From Rhynchobatus australiae (lineage: Eukaryota): DNA of 64,000 bases. The notes beneath the pieces are model-generated. The model was not told the origin of the DNA and ran no database searches. It saw only the letters and a list, made by a program, of their open reading frames with translations. Of the stretch, positions 1 to 11,720 are shown one piece after another. The stretch spans positions 16,146,085-16,210,084 of the forward strand of contig JAUZTB010000079.1 in NCBI GenBank assembly GCA_034780895.1, in the 5' to 3' direction. The stretch's first letter is position 1, and the number at the start of each line of letters is the position of its first letter. A program made the translations under genes and the position numbers.

Positions 1-720
1 ACCACAGAGTCAACCTGTGCAGCTGCTTTGAGCATCCTATGGACTCAGACCCCAAGATCCCTCTGATCCTCCACACTGCCAAGGGTCTTACCATTAATAC
101 TATATTCTGCCATCATATTTGACCTACCACTTCACACTAATCTGGGTTGAACTCCATCTGCCACTTCTCAGCCCAGTTTTGCATCCTATCGATGTCCCCC
201 TGTAACCTCTGACAGTCCTCCACGCTATCCACAACACTGCCAACCTTTGTGTCATCAGCAAACTTATTAACCCATCCCTCCACTTCCTCATCCAGGTCAT
301 TTATAAAAATCACAAAGAGTAAGGGTCCCAGAACAGAACCCTGAGGTACACCACTGGTCACCGACCTCCATGCAGAATATGACCTGTCAACAACCACTCT
401 CTGCCTTCTGTGGGCCAACCAGTTCCGGATCCACAAAGCAATGTCCCCTTGGATCCCATGCCTCTTTACTTTCTCAATAATCCTTGCATGGGGTACCTTA
501 TTAAATGCCTTGCTGAAATCCATATACACTACATCTACTGCTCTTCCTTCATCAATGTGTTTAGTCACTTCCTCAAAAAATTCAATCAAGCTTGTAAGGC
601 AGGACCTGCCCTTGACAAAGCCATTCTGTCTATTCCTAATCATATTATACCTCTCCAAATGTTCATAAATCCTGTCTCTCAGGATCTTCTCCATCAACTT
701 ACCAACCACTGAAGTAAGAC
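1..720 (-). mobile_element. CR1-clade LINE fragment, ORF2 reverse transcriptase (runs off the window edge)
   Basis: ORF 137..709(-) has QNGF...SCLTSL, DFSKAFNKVPH, GVPQGSVLGPLLF.IFINDLD, KFADDTK and WQMEFN, which are CR1 RT motifs. Confidence 0.95.
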
Positions 721-939
721 ATGAGGGAAAAGATCATCCATGATCTTATCAAATGATGGAGGAGGTTCAAGGAAACAAAAATGGTCTATTTATTTATTTC
801 TCTTGTGCTCTTATTTTTTTTCCTTATAGAAATTTCACAAGAATAGTTAATGTGGCAGAAGTGGAATCCTAATAGCTTATCACCAAGGCAACCCTGCCTC
901 ACTCTACTGGAGATATTCCCACATGCACACCCTTCCCCA

Positions 940-1115
940 ACCCCGCTATCAGCTTTGTTGCATCATGATACTAATTATTTTACTATCCTTCCCATTCTCA
1001 TAAAGGGTCTTTGACCAGAAGCATTAACTCTGTTTCTCCTTCCACAAAATGCTGCCTGACCTACATTATCTGTTTTTGTTTTCGATTTCCAACATCTGCA
1101 GCTTTTTGATTTTTG
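940..1115 (+). repeat. Degenerate Penelope-like terminal repeat fragment
   Basis: aaagggtctttgaccagaagcattaactctgtttctcc...atgctgcctgacc...ttccaacatctgca resembles the arm at 13370-13495. Confidence 0.6.
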
Positions 1116-1329
1116 ACAGAATTACACAATGGTTACACCAGAAGACTAGTTGTCCTGTCAAGTACATACCAGCTCAATACAAAATTCAGCTGTTCCCACT
1201 CCCTAGCTTTTCCAAAATGCTCTGCAAATTCTTTCCTTTCAGAAACTGATCCAGCTGCCTTTTGAACACTACAGTTGAATATACATCTACTACAAACCCA
1301 TGTTAGTGCAGGCAAGACTCTGACTAGTT

Positions 1330-1880
1330 AATGCATTGAAAGAAAATCTCCTGTTGCATTTGGATTTTTTGTACCATGTTCTTTGCCCTTTTACCAACAA
1401 TAACAGTTTCCCTGAGATTACTCATGTCAATACCTGTATAAGTTTAAATAGCGTTAACAGATCCACTTGCAACCTTCTCTGTTCCAAGGAGAACAATATC
1501 AGGTTTTCACATCTGTCTACATAACTAAATTCCCTTATCCCTGGAATCATTTCAGTATATCTCCTCTACACAGTCTATAAAGTCTTTCCTAAAATGTGGC
1601 AGTTATACTTGGCCACGGTATTTCCCAAGTGGCTGAACCAGTGTTTTGTAAAGGTTCACAGTGACTTCCTTGCACTTATACTCTATTCTATTTATAAAGC
1701 CCAAGAGTACCATATGCTGTTTTAATCAGTCTCAACCTGCCTGCCACCTTCAAAAAGCCATGCATATATGCCTCTTGAAATCTGTTCTTGTACCTATTTT
1801 AGAATTTTGCCATCTAGTTTATCTTCCTCTTCTCATTTTCCTATCAAAATTTACTACTTCTAAGCATTAAATTTCATTAG
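1330..1880 (-). mobile_element. Old degraded CR1-like LINE 3' portion
   Basis: Reverse-strand similarity to better-preserved CR1 copies here (aaccttctctgttccaaggagaacaa...; cctgccaccttcaa). Confidence 0.55.
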
Positions 1881-3944
1881 CTTCCTAGTTTTGTGTCATG
1901 GAAGGAAACCTGGTAAAACTGGGAAATAATCTATTATGTGATGTCACTGGCACTGCAAGAATAAATGTGTTACTAATATTTCTGTTGAATTGGTAGCGGG
2001 TATCACTATAGAATGGCATTGGGCCATCAGACTGTTTAGGCAGGCATGCAAATTGCAATAAGTACTAAAGCACATTCTGGTCTGTCTAGACAGAAGTAAT
2101 TTGATGCTGTACAGTTGTTAGCCAAAACTTTGTTTTATCATTTCTATGGTCATTGAATTTTAGTATCTATTAAATTAATTATGAATGTGAGTCTGTGACT
2201 AGATTGAAATCTTTGTTGTTGAATGGTTATTTAATTAAACCTTCAAACAGACAAAAAGCTATGAAACATCCAAGAGGTCCAAATTTAAAACGTTTGTGGT
2301 ATGCATTTATATATAGCAAATGTTACTGCAGTGCTGTATAAATATTGATGGCTGTAACTAACACATTATATTAATAACATTTGGATCATCAGGAGGCAAT
2401 AAAAATTGCATAACTCCAAATTACACTGCAGTTTCCCCCCAGTTTACAAATGCCCCACTTATGTACAGTGCACACAGAGGAGCAAGCATTTGGAAAACAG
2501 TGAGATGGATTTGCTGGCTGCTATAGGGCTGAAGGCATCTTCTGCTGCTTGGGAACTCTGCTGCTGCATTTCCAACTTGAAAACTACCTCAGAACCTTGC
2601 TGTAACCCAGGGATGACTGACTATTAAATATCTGTACTCTTCAGTGGAGAATGTTAGAAAATGATTTGGAATGCACAATAATGCAGAGATGGTATGTTTA
2701 TTGTCAGCATTGGGAATGGGGCGATAGAATTCTCAAAATTATTGTGCATATTTTCCTGCGTTGTATCATTGCCGACACAGTTGACACCATTTTGATCTGT
2801 CCTTTAAAGGCACAGCTAGATGTCCTTCAATTTCAGATTACTGTACTGTTTGGGGCACTGTGCTGTTTGTGGGTACCTGATAAAATTAACAGAATGTTGT
2901 ATACTGGCAGTTGTCATTTTGTAGATTGGCTAGTGGTCCATGAATGGACAGGCACTGGCCATCCTAAAATGCTGCAGCACCAGTTCTTTTTGTTATTGTG
3001 AGGCTATCCTTCCTGGGTCACTAATATTCTTGACAACTACTTTTTGCTTTCAGCATCGTCCTGATAAAGCCACCAGGGCATGCAGAGATTCCTCAACCTC
3101 TTTAATTCGTGAGCCACCAGTGGGCATTGGTTCTGAGCTTGCATCTTGCTAGTCAAATGAAAATAAGATGTTCCCCAAAATAGTTGGTTTACTGTCAGCA
3201 TTGGGAATAGTTTGTTATATGTACAAAGTGAATATTCCACTATGTTAATTAATTACAAATATATTTAAGACTTCAGGTTTTAAAAATTATTAAATGTTTG
3301 AAAGTGGTCCATGGATAGGTATTTCTAATAAAATATTGCAGTTTCGAAAAGTTTGTGTGTAATCCTAGAGCAATTTAAATTGGGCAGTTCTTTTGAATCA
3401 ACCTTTGACTGTTCATTGCCAAGAAATAGAACTAATTTATTGTTCGGATCATACTCTGAAACTTGGCAAGATAGCCAGAACTGTGTGCCAGATTTGTGTT
3501 ATTTTGAAACATTTTAAACTTGTCAGCACTGTAGTTTCAGCGAAGTAAATTTTGGAAACATTCATGATTACCTCTAAATTGAACATGGGTACACAACCCA
3601 GCAAAAATAATGGTGATTGTTTCTTTCAGTGGTTGATATTTTGATATAGCACTACAAAGCTACTTTTGTTGTCAATTGGATGAAAATAATAGATGATAAA
3701 TTATTAATGTTTGTAAAAGATCCCTCCTGCTGAAAGGAGGCATGATGCATGAGATGCAACAAAAAGTTGAGCCAGACCTAGTGAAATGAATTCTGAGTCT
3801 ATTGAGGCTCAACTGCTAAAACGGAAGCTGCAATTCCATCTGTACTTCAGGTTGGCCTGGAAGTAAGTTTTAAGAAATCCTTCATCTATGTGCAATTTTG
3901 ATAATGAAATCCACACTAAATTTGTCAATACAGGATATGGGAGT

Positions 3945-4119
3945 GGTCATTTAAGAATTTCTTTCCTCGTGAGTCTCTGGAATTCTCTACCTTAGAGGTT
4001 GTGGAGGCTAGATCGTTGGAGGTATTTAAAGATGAGATAGATTCTCAAAAGATTGGGGAATTGAGGGCTGTATGGGGAACTGGCATAGAGAAGGGGTTGA
4101 AGCCTGCACAGATCAGCCA
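3945..4119 (+). mobile_element. CR1 3' end fragment interrupted by a Rex1 insertion (resumes near 5047)
   Basis: tggaattctctacc...gtggaggctagatcgttggaggtatttaa...agatcagcca, then tgatcatattaaatagc after the insert. Confidence 0.7.
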
Positions 4120-5046
4120 AATGCCGAGACCTAGGACTCAACACCTCTCTCTGTAACTGGATCCTTGACTTTCTAACAAACAGACCGCAATCAGTGAGGA
4201 TAGGGAGCAATACCTCCGGCACAATTATTCTCAACACTGGTGCCCCACAAGGCTGCATCCTCAGCCCTCTACTCCCTGTACACTCACGACTGTGTGGCCA
4301 GATTCTGCTCTAACTCCATCTACATGTCAGCAGATGATACCACCATTGTAGAGCGTATCTCAAACAGAGATGAGTTGGAGTACAGGAAGGAGATAGAGAG
4401 CTTAGTGGAACGGTGTCATGACAACAACCTTTCCCTCAATATCAACTAAACTAAAGAGCTGGTCATTTGACTTCAGGAAAAGGGGCAGTGTACATGCACC
4501 TGTCTACATCAGTGGTGCTGAGGTCGACTGAATTGACAACTTAAAGTTCCTGGGAGTGAACATAACCAACAACCTATCCTGGAAAAATCATGTAGATGCC
4601 ACTACTTCCTCCTCAGGAGGCTAAATAAATTTGGTTTGTCCCCTTTGACTCTCACCAACTTTTACNNNNNNNNNNNNNNNNNNNNNNNNNNNNNNNNNNN
4701 NNNNNNNNNNNNNNNNNNNNNNNNNNNNNNNNNNNNNNNNNNNNNNNNNNNNNNNNNNNNNNNNNGTGATAAGACTATTGAACGGTTCCCCTATTCAATG
4801 AGATGGACTATGACCTCATGATCTACCTTACTGTGACCTTGCACCCTATTGCACTGCACTTTCTCTGCAGCTGGGACTCTTTACGCTATACTGTTATTGC
4901 CTTTTTTACCTGTACTACATCAATGCACTCTGTACCAACTCAATATAACTGCGCTGTGTAATGAATTGACCCATACGATTGGTTTGTAAGACAAGCTTTT
5001 CAATGTACCTCAGTACAAGTGATATAATAAACCAATACCAATACCA
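4120..5046 (+). mobile_element. Rex1/Babar-clade LINE, 5'-truncated and decayed
   Basis: Translates across frameshifts to [25 protein letters not shown]...[12 protein letters not shown]...YTHDC...ADDTTIV...CHDNNLSLN; ends in AATAAA plus a (CCAATA)n tail. Confidence 0.9.
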
Positions 5047-6454
5047 TGATCATATTAAATAGCAAAGTATCTAGAAAACTGGCAAATTGTCCATCTGCAA
5101 AATGCAGATTCTTGGTGAGTAACCAATAATTCCTTATGGAAGCAAAGGTGAATGGTGGCTGAAGTTCTGAAGGTAACTATTTAAATTTCTTCAAAACTTG
5201 ATAGACAAAGCTTATTCAAACTTGAGCTTGGGGTACCTTTTGTCTGCTGTAACAAGTTTCTCTCGTGATCATAAATAAAATATTAGTGATGAATACCAGG
5301 GCAAAACTGAATGTAGCTTTTAGTAATGTGGGTATTAGTTATTGTTGGCTTGTGTGTTTGAGTGAATATTTATACATTCATGATGTAGCTTATTGGATGC
5401 TGAAATGCTGAATATTGATTATACTTGTGGAATTGAAACCAGAGTGGCAAGGTTTGCAAAATTATTTAAGTATGAAAGTAAATTATGATACCATCAGATT
5501 TATTCTTGCATCAACAAGCCATAGTAACCCTTTTTGTTGTATTTGTTTGCTCATTGCTCCTTTTCCATTTATTAGTCAATGCTAGGATTTAGATATATAG
5601 ATAATACATAAATATAAGCCAAATGTTTTTGAAAAAAATTGAAGTGACTTTATATTAGTCAGATTTAATTAGTGTTATCTGTGTATATGAAGGAAAATTT
5701 GTTTTTCTGAAATGTTCAGAAGAGTCCTGACTTTTACGGGATGTTTACCTTTTGTACATAAAGGCATGTCATCAGTACAATCTTGGCTATAATAGTGAAT
5801 CTTTACAGTTAACGCAATAGCTGTCATGTTGTCTGGGGCTTTTAGTCCTGCAAATCTTTTTGAAAATTCAAATAAAAGCCATATGCACACTGTCCAAATC
5901 CAAACTATATCTTGGATAACAGATGTCAATATTTTTCAAAGCATTTATATAATTCGATATGTGTTTCGATTTCTGTATCTGTTAATTGTTTTCATACAGT
6001 TATGTTAAGGAATGTAAATAACTTCTTGTCATTGTTTAGATGTGCTATGTAAATAATTGTTTCACAGCATAGAATGGTATTATACTGTATATTAGACAAA
6101 TCTGAAACTTTGAGAGGTGTTTGCCGCTTGTTTGCCCCAGGCTCTGGCCCCCATATCTTGTACCCTCTGGTTCTGGTCTCTGCAATTCTGTTGTAATTAA
6201 TTATACCTTCTGAGGTCTCATCTTTAGTTTCATATAGTTTCGTTATGATTTTTCTCTTGCTTGCATTCCTGGTCTTCACCACAATCCCTTACAGATCTCT
6301 CCTAAGTGCACTTCTGCACTTGCTTGAATATTTTTTCAGTTCTGACATTAAAAAGTTAATTTATGTTTCTCTCCATTGTGGCTGTCTGACTGGGTGGATG
6401 TTTCCAGAGTTTTCTGCTTTTAATTCAAAATTCCATCAATTTTTTCATATCATT

Positions 6455-6736
6455 TGATTTGAATTTGAGACATCTTTATTAGTCACATGTACATCAAAGC
6501 ACACAGTGAAAACCATCTTTTGTGTAGAGTTTTCTGGGGGCAGCCCGCAAGTGTCGTCACGCTTCCAGCACCAACGTAGCATGCCCACAACTTCCTAACT
6601 TGTATGTTTTTGGAATGTGGGAGGAAAACACAGCACCGGGAGGAAATCCAGGCAGACACAGGGAGAATGTACAAGCTCCTAAGAGACAGCAGCTGGACTT
6701 GAACCCGGGTAGCTGACCCTGTAATACCATTACTCT
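6455..6736 (-). mobile_element. tRNA-derived V-SINE with a non-CR1 (Rex1-like) 3' tail
   Basis: Reverse complement has B-box gggttcaagtcc, V-domain ggagcttgtacattctccctgtgtctgcctggatttcctcc...ttcctcccacattccaaa and tail gtacatgtgactaataaa...tcaaattcaaatca. The head is cut by a gap. Confidence 0.8.
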
Positions 6737-7299
6737 NNNNNNNNNNNNNNNNNNNNNNNNNNNNNNNNNNNNNNNNNNNNNNNNNNNNNNNNNNNNNNNN
6801 NNNNNNNNNNNNNNNNNNNNNNNNNNNNNNNNNNNNNNNNNNNNNNNNNNNNNNNNNNNNNNNNNNNNNNNNNNGGTGTACATAGATAATTTATGTTAAT
6901 TTCATAAAGCTTTAAATGTAGCCTTGAAAATTCTGTTCATATTGAAACCTTCTGTGCAAGTGGTTGGTGTATTATATAAAAGCTGTAACCTTCTGAGAAC
7001 TTGAAATATTTTTATTTCTGAGTCTGTCTGGAGAAAGGTTTGTCAATGTGATTTTTGACAAAATATAAAGATGTGATTTGCCACATGGGCTACCAAGAAC
7101 TTAGTTTCCAATTTCTTTCCTTGCTAAGTCCCTTTTGTTGACAGATGTTTCCCTATGTTTTTTTAACATTGCTTTATTTGCTTTATCTGCCTCTCTTCTG
7201 TTGTGTCTAGAGAATAATGCTTCATTTCACGCCATTAGGAGCTGTACTTATTTTCTGTAGGAAATGGAGAAACTTTATTCTTTGTCAACGTACCATTAA

Positions 7300-7620
7300 A
7301 AACAAATAATTTGCATATATGAAGCAATACATACCAAGACATTTCATTTATAATAAATTACTTTTGATGTAGTCAATTATATAGCAAACAGCAATAAAAT
7401 GAATGTTGAACTTTGTTTTAGTGATGCTTGTAGAGAGGAGAGTGCTGTGCAAGATTTTCTGCCGTCTTATAGGCTGTGGGATCTCTAGTGTCCATCTGAA
7501 CCAAAAGAACAGGTAGAAACTTGGATTAATTTATCCTCATGTGGAACCTCTGGTAATGCAGCATCCCCTCAACTTACGCTATGTTGAAATTTTAGAGTGG
7601 AATTTGAATTTGCAACCAAG
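7300..7620 (-). mobile_element. Highly degraded DeuSINE (SacSINE1-like)
   Basis: Weak reverse-strand similarity to the copies at 55208 and 62190 (gggatctctagtgtccatctga; aatgcagcatcccctca). Confidence 0.4.
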
Positions 7621-8400
7621 TTGAATCAGATTCTTTCTTGGTTTCCCTTTCATTGAACACAATGTTAGATTTGTCTGTATTAGTGTACATTTAATTCCTT
7701 AATGCAAGTGCATATTGTGAAAGAATTTAATTGTCAGTGAAATAGGCTAAATGGGATGTTGACCTTAACCTGTGTGATGAACCTGAAAGCTCTGAACTCA
7801 TGCATTTAAGTGCACTGAAACTCCTTGGCTTATGTTTTATGGGCCTTTTGTTACAGTTAGAAGCCCTGTCCTTGATTACTTTTATATTAGGCTACCACCA
7901 GCTTAAATCATGCCAGTGTAGATGAATTGTGACAGATTGTCTGCTGCATGTGCACATTGTAATTGCATCAAGATATCAACAATTGATGCACAAAAAATAA
8001 ACATTGGGGAAATACATGGTTGATAACAAAAAGCAAGTGTGCCTTGATTAAACTATTATTCATTTACAGCCTTTTTTAAGCACAGGTTAGTGTCTATTCC
8101 TAAGACCTGAAAAAAAGAGTGGTTTCTTTGGCCATCAGTCCAACAGATTTTGTCAGTTGTAGCTGTAATTATTGTCATTTAATATTGTTCACTGGCTCCA
8201 GAAGATCTGGAATTTGGTGGTTAAAGAACATTGAAATAAATACACTTTGTGAAGTTTTGATATGTTTACAATTCACAGTAACATTTCAGAATAAAAAATA
8301 AAATTGGATTTTAATTCAATGATTTAATAGTATTGAATTGTTGCTGCCTTGGAGACAACTGTATTCTTAGATGAAAAGTTGTTGACCTGAAAGGTTACAT

Positions 8401-9449
8401 CTGGGCCCCTGTACCTCCCTCTGTAACTGGATCCTCGACTTCCTTACAGGAGACCACAGTCAGTGCAGATCGATGGTAATATCTCTTCCTCGCTGGCAAT
8501 CAACACGGGAGCACCTCAAGGATGCCTGCTTAGCTCACTGCTCTCCTCTCTCTACACATGACTGTGTCTAAGCACAGTTCAAACGCCATCTATAAATTCG
8601 CCAATGACACTACTGTTGGTGGTAGAATCTCAAATGGCGACAAGGAGGTGTACAGGAGTGAAATAGATTGGCTGGTTAAGTGGTGTTGCAATAACAACCT
8701 CGCACTCAGTGTCAGCAAGACCATGGAATTGATTGTGGACCAGGAAGGGGAAGGCAGGAGAATGCACACTAGTCCTCACTGAGGGGTCGGCGTGGAAAGG
8801 GTGAGGAGCTTCAAGTTCCTCAGCATCAACATCTCAGAGGATCCATCCTGGGCCCAACACATGGATGTACTCATGAAGAAGGCACGCCCGTGGCTCTACT
8901 TTGTGAGGAGTTTGAGNNNNNNNNNNNNNNNNNNNNNNNNNNNNNNNNNNNNNNNNNNNNNNNNNNNNNNNNNNNNNNNNNNNNNNNNNNNNNNNNNNNN
9001 NNNNNNNNNNNNNNNNNNNNNNNNNNNNNNNNNNNNNNNNNNNNNNNNNNNNNNNNNNNNNNNNNNNNNNNNNNNNNNNNNNNNNNNNNNNNNNNNNNNN
9101 NNNNNNNNNNNNNNNNNNNNNNNNNNNNNNNNNNNNNNNNNNNNNNNNNNNNNNNNNNNNNNNNNNNNNNNNNNNNNNNNNNNNNNNNNNNNNNNNNNNN
9201 NNNNNNNNNNNNNNNNNNNNNNNNNNNNNNNNNNNNNNNNNNNNNNNNNNNNNNNNNNNNNNNNNNNNNNNNNNNNNNNNNNNNNNNNNNNNNNNNNNNN
9301 NNNNNNNNNNNNNNNNNNNNNNNNNNNNNNNNNNNNNNNNNNNNNNNNNNNNNNNNNNNNNNNNNNNNNNNNNNNNNNNNNNNNNNNNNNNNNNNNNNNN
9401 NNNNNNNNNNNNNNNNNCATCCAAGTCAGTGATGATAATTCTGATTCTG
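8401..9449 (+). mobile_element. Rex1/Babar LINE (second subfamily) inserted into a Penelope-like terminal repeat
   Basis: [47 protein letters not shown]; tail gataattctgattctg. The host repeat stops at ...gacctgaaaggttac (8397) and resumes as aactctgtttcttgctctatgctgcctgacc near 9452. About 500 N lie inside. Confidence 0.88.
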
Positions 9450-10029
9450 CCAACTCTGTTTCTTGCTCTATGCTGCCTGACCCAATGAGTATTTTCAGCA
9501 TTTTGTCTTTTTATTTTTGACTTTCAACATATGTAATATTTTACTTCTGTATTAGGAGAGCCACCACATCTGTACTGTAATGGTAAATTCTTCGGGCGTT
9601 CAAACCGCAATGAAACAATTGGCTTCATAAGCTTTGGTGTGCTTAATGCTCTCCAGAGTTGTACCATTATTTTTGGTTGATGTGCATCAAGAAAGTAGTT
9701 TGCATAAAATTAATGATGTAAATGAGGTATTAAAGCAAAGACTGTGACAAATTGTAAGAGCATAGCACAAAAGGTCTCATTTGGATGTAAATCAACCTGG
9801 TAATACCCAAGTTAGTAAGTACTGAGCTGTTTCAGGAAGTTGGCCTGATGAAAACCCTTCCACTTCATGGCCTTGCCATGAAAAGATTTTTGGCCTGTAT
9901 ATTTATCACCTAATGTTGTGCAAAATTCATAATTAGAAATAAATAGAAAACATCCATGGAAATAATTTGGGAAAGAAAATTGTACATTTTGAAGAATGAC
10001 TCCTCACAGGATAAAGTAGATGCAAAAGC

Positions 10030-11282
10030 AAGACCACCAAATTTGGTGGGGTTGTGGATATCGAGGAAGGTTGACAAAGGATACAGTACTGTTGTGGATA
10101 CAGTAGGATACAGATCAGTTGAAAATTTGGGCAGAGAATGGTGTTTAATCTGGACAAGTGTGAGGTGTGGCATTTTTGGAGGTCATCTGCGAGGGAAAAG
10201 TTAATGGCAAGACCCTTAGAAGTATTGATGTACAAAGCGATCTTGGGTTGCAACTTCATAGTTCCTTGAGAGTGGCAACATAAGTGGATAGGATGGTAAA
10301 GAAGGTGTACAGTATGCTTGTATTCAGTGGCTGGGGTATTGAATACAAAAGTTGGGAANNNNNNNNNNNNNNNNNNNNNNNNNNNNNNNNNNNNNNNNNN
10401 NNNNNNNNNNNNNNNNNNNNNNNNNNNNNNNNNNNNNNNNNNNNNNNNNNNNNNNNNNNNNNNNNNNNNNNNNNNNNNNNNNNNNNNNNNNNNNNNNNNN
10501 NNNNNNNNNNNNNNNNNNNNNNNNNNNNNNNNNNNNNNNNNNNNNNNNNNNNNNNNNNNNNNNNNNNNNNNNNNNNNNNNNNNNNNNNNNNNNNNNNNNN
10601 NNNNNNNNNNNNNNNNNNNNNNNNNNNNNNNNNNNNNNNNNNNNNNNNNNNNNNNNNNNNNNNNNNNNNNNNNNNNNNNNNNNNNNNNNNNNNNNNNNNN
10701 NNNNNNNNNNNNNNNNNNNNNNNNNNNNNNNNNNNNNNNNNNNNNNNNNNNNNNNNNNNNNNNNNNNNNNNNNNNNNNNNNNNNNNNNNNNNNNNNNNNN
10801 NNNNNNNNNNNNNNNNNNNNNNNNNNNNNNNNNNNNNNNNNNNNNNNNNNNNNNNNNNNNNNNTCATATCCCTCTAAACCTTTCCTGTCCATGTACCTGT
10901 CCAAGTGTCTTTTAAATGTTGTTAATGTACCTGCCTCGATCAGTTCCTCTGGCAGCTCATTCCATATAAGTTTACCTTCTGGGTGAAAAAGTTGCAGCTT
11001 GGGTTCCTATTAAATCTCTCCCCCCTCACCTTAAGCCTATGCTCTCTAGTTCTTGATTCCCCAACAAAGAAAAAGACCGTGCATTGACCCTATCTATGCC
11101 CCTCAGGTCCTAGCCTGCTCAACCTATGATTGCAACGTTTGAGGCATTTAAATCGACACATGAACAGGCAGGGAATAGAGGGATCAGGTGCCGGCAGATG
11201 GGATTAGTTTAATTTGGCATCATGGTTGCACAGACATGGTGAGCTGAATGACGTTCCTGTGCTGTGCTGCTCTGTGTTCTGC
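10030..11282. mobile_element. Cluster of CR1 3' fragments: 10030-10358 (+), 10864-11130 (-), 11130-11282 (+)
   Basis: Decayed GGVVD, KCEV.HF, DLG.QLHSSL.VAT.VDRMVKK.Y.ML and EYKSWE motifs; CR1 tail cctgtgctgtgctgctctgtgttct. Confidence 0.8.
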
Positions 11283-11671
11283 AAGAGCTGCAGTATTTTT
11301 GTTCATGATCAGTCTTGAAGCTCATTACTGACCCTGACAGATGCAATCCCCTGCTAATTTGACCTATTAGAGTTCCTAGTTTCTTCCTTCCGTTTCCTCT
11401 TTTTTTAAAAAAATTATTTCATGCTTATCATTATGTCTAACTTCTACAAGTCTACTGAAAATCGTAACTGTTTATTGTGTGTTGAATAAGGGAGTTGGAG
11501 TAACTTGCATATCTAATTTAGAGGCATGGAAAATGCTAGTGCTGCACTTTAGTTCTTAAAAGATTTTGCCAGACCGCAGGGATTCAGCATCTAATTGCCT
11601 CCCAAACCACCCACCCATCTGCCCTATCAAGCACTTCCTGCCCCTTCTGAGCAGTCTGCAAGCATCACATT

Positions 11672-11720
11672 GGATCAGAATCAGGTTTATTATCACCGAC
11701 ATATGTCATGAAATTTGTTG
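11672..11720 (-). mobile_element. Rex1 3' tail fragment split by the Penelope element (resumes about 13518-13545)
   Basis: atcagaatcaggtttattatcaccgacatatgtcatgaaatttgttg is the reverse complement of a Rex1-type tail (compare 9420-9449); continues gttgttttgtgtgcagcagc after the insert. Confidence 0.6.

Noticed and set aside
8792-10986. Long ORFs of 180-323 aa in the ORF track
   Set aside because: They are mostly X residues translated from N gaps; the real parts are Rex1 and CR1 fragments.
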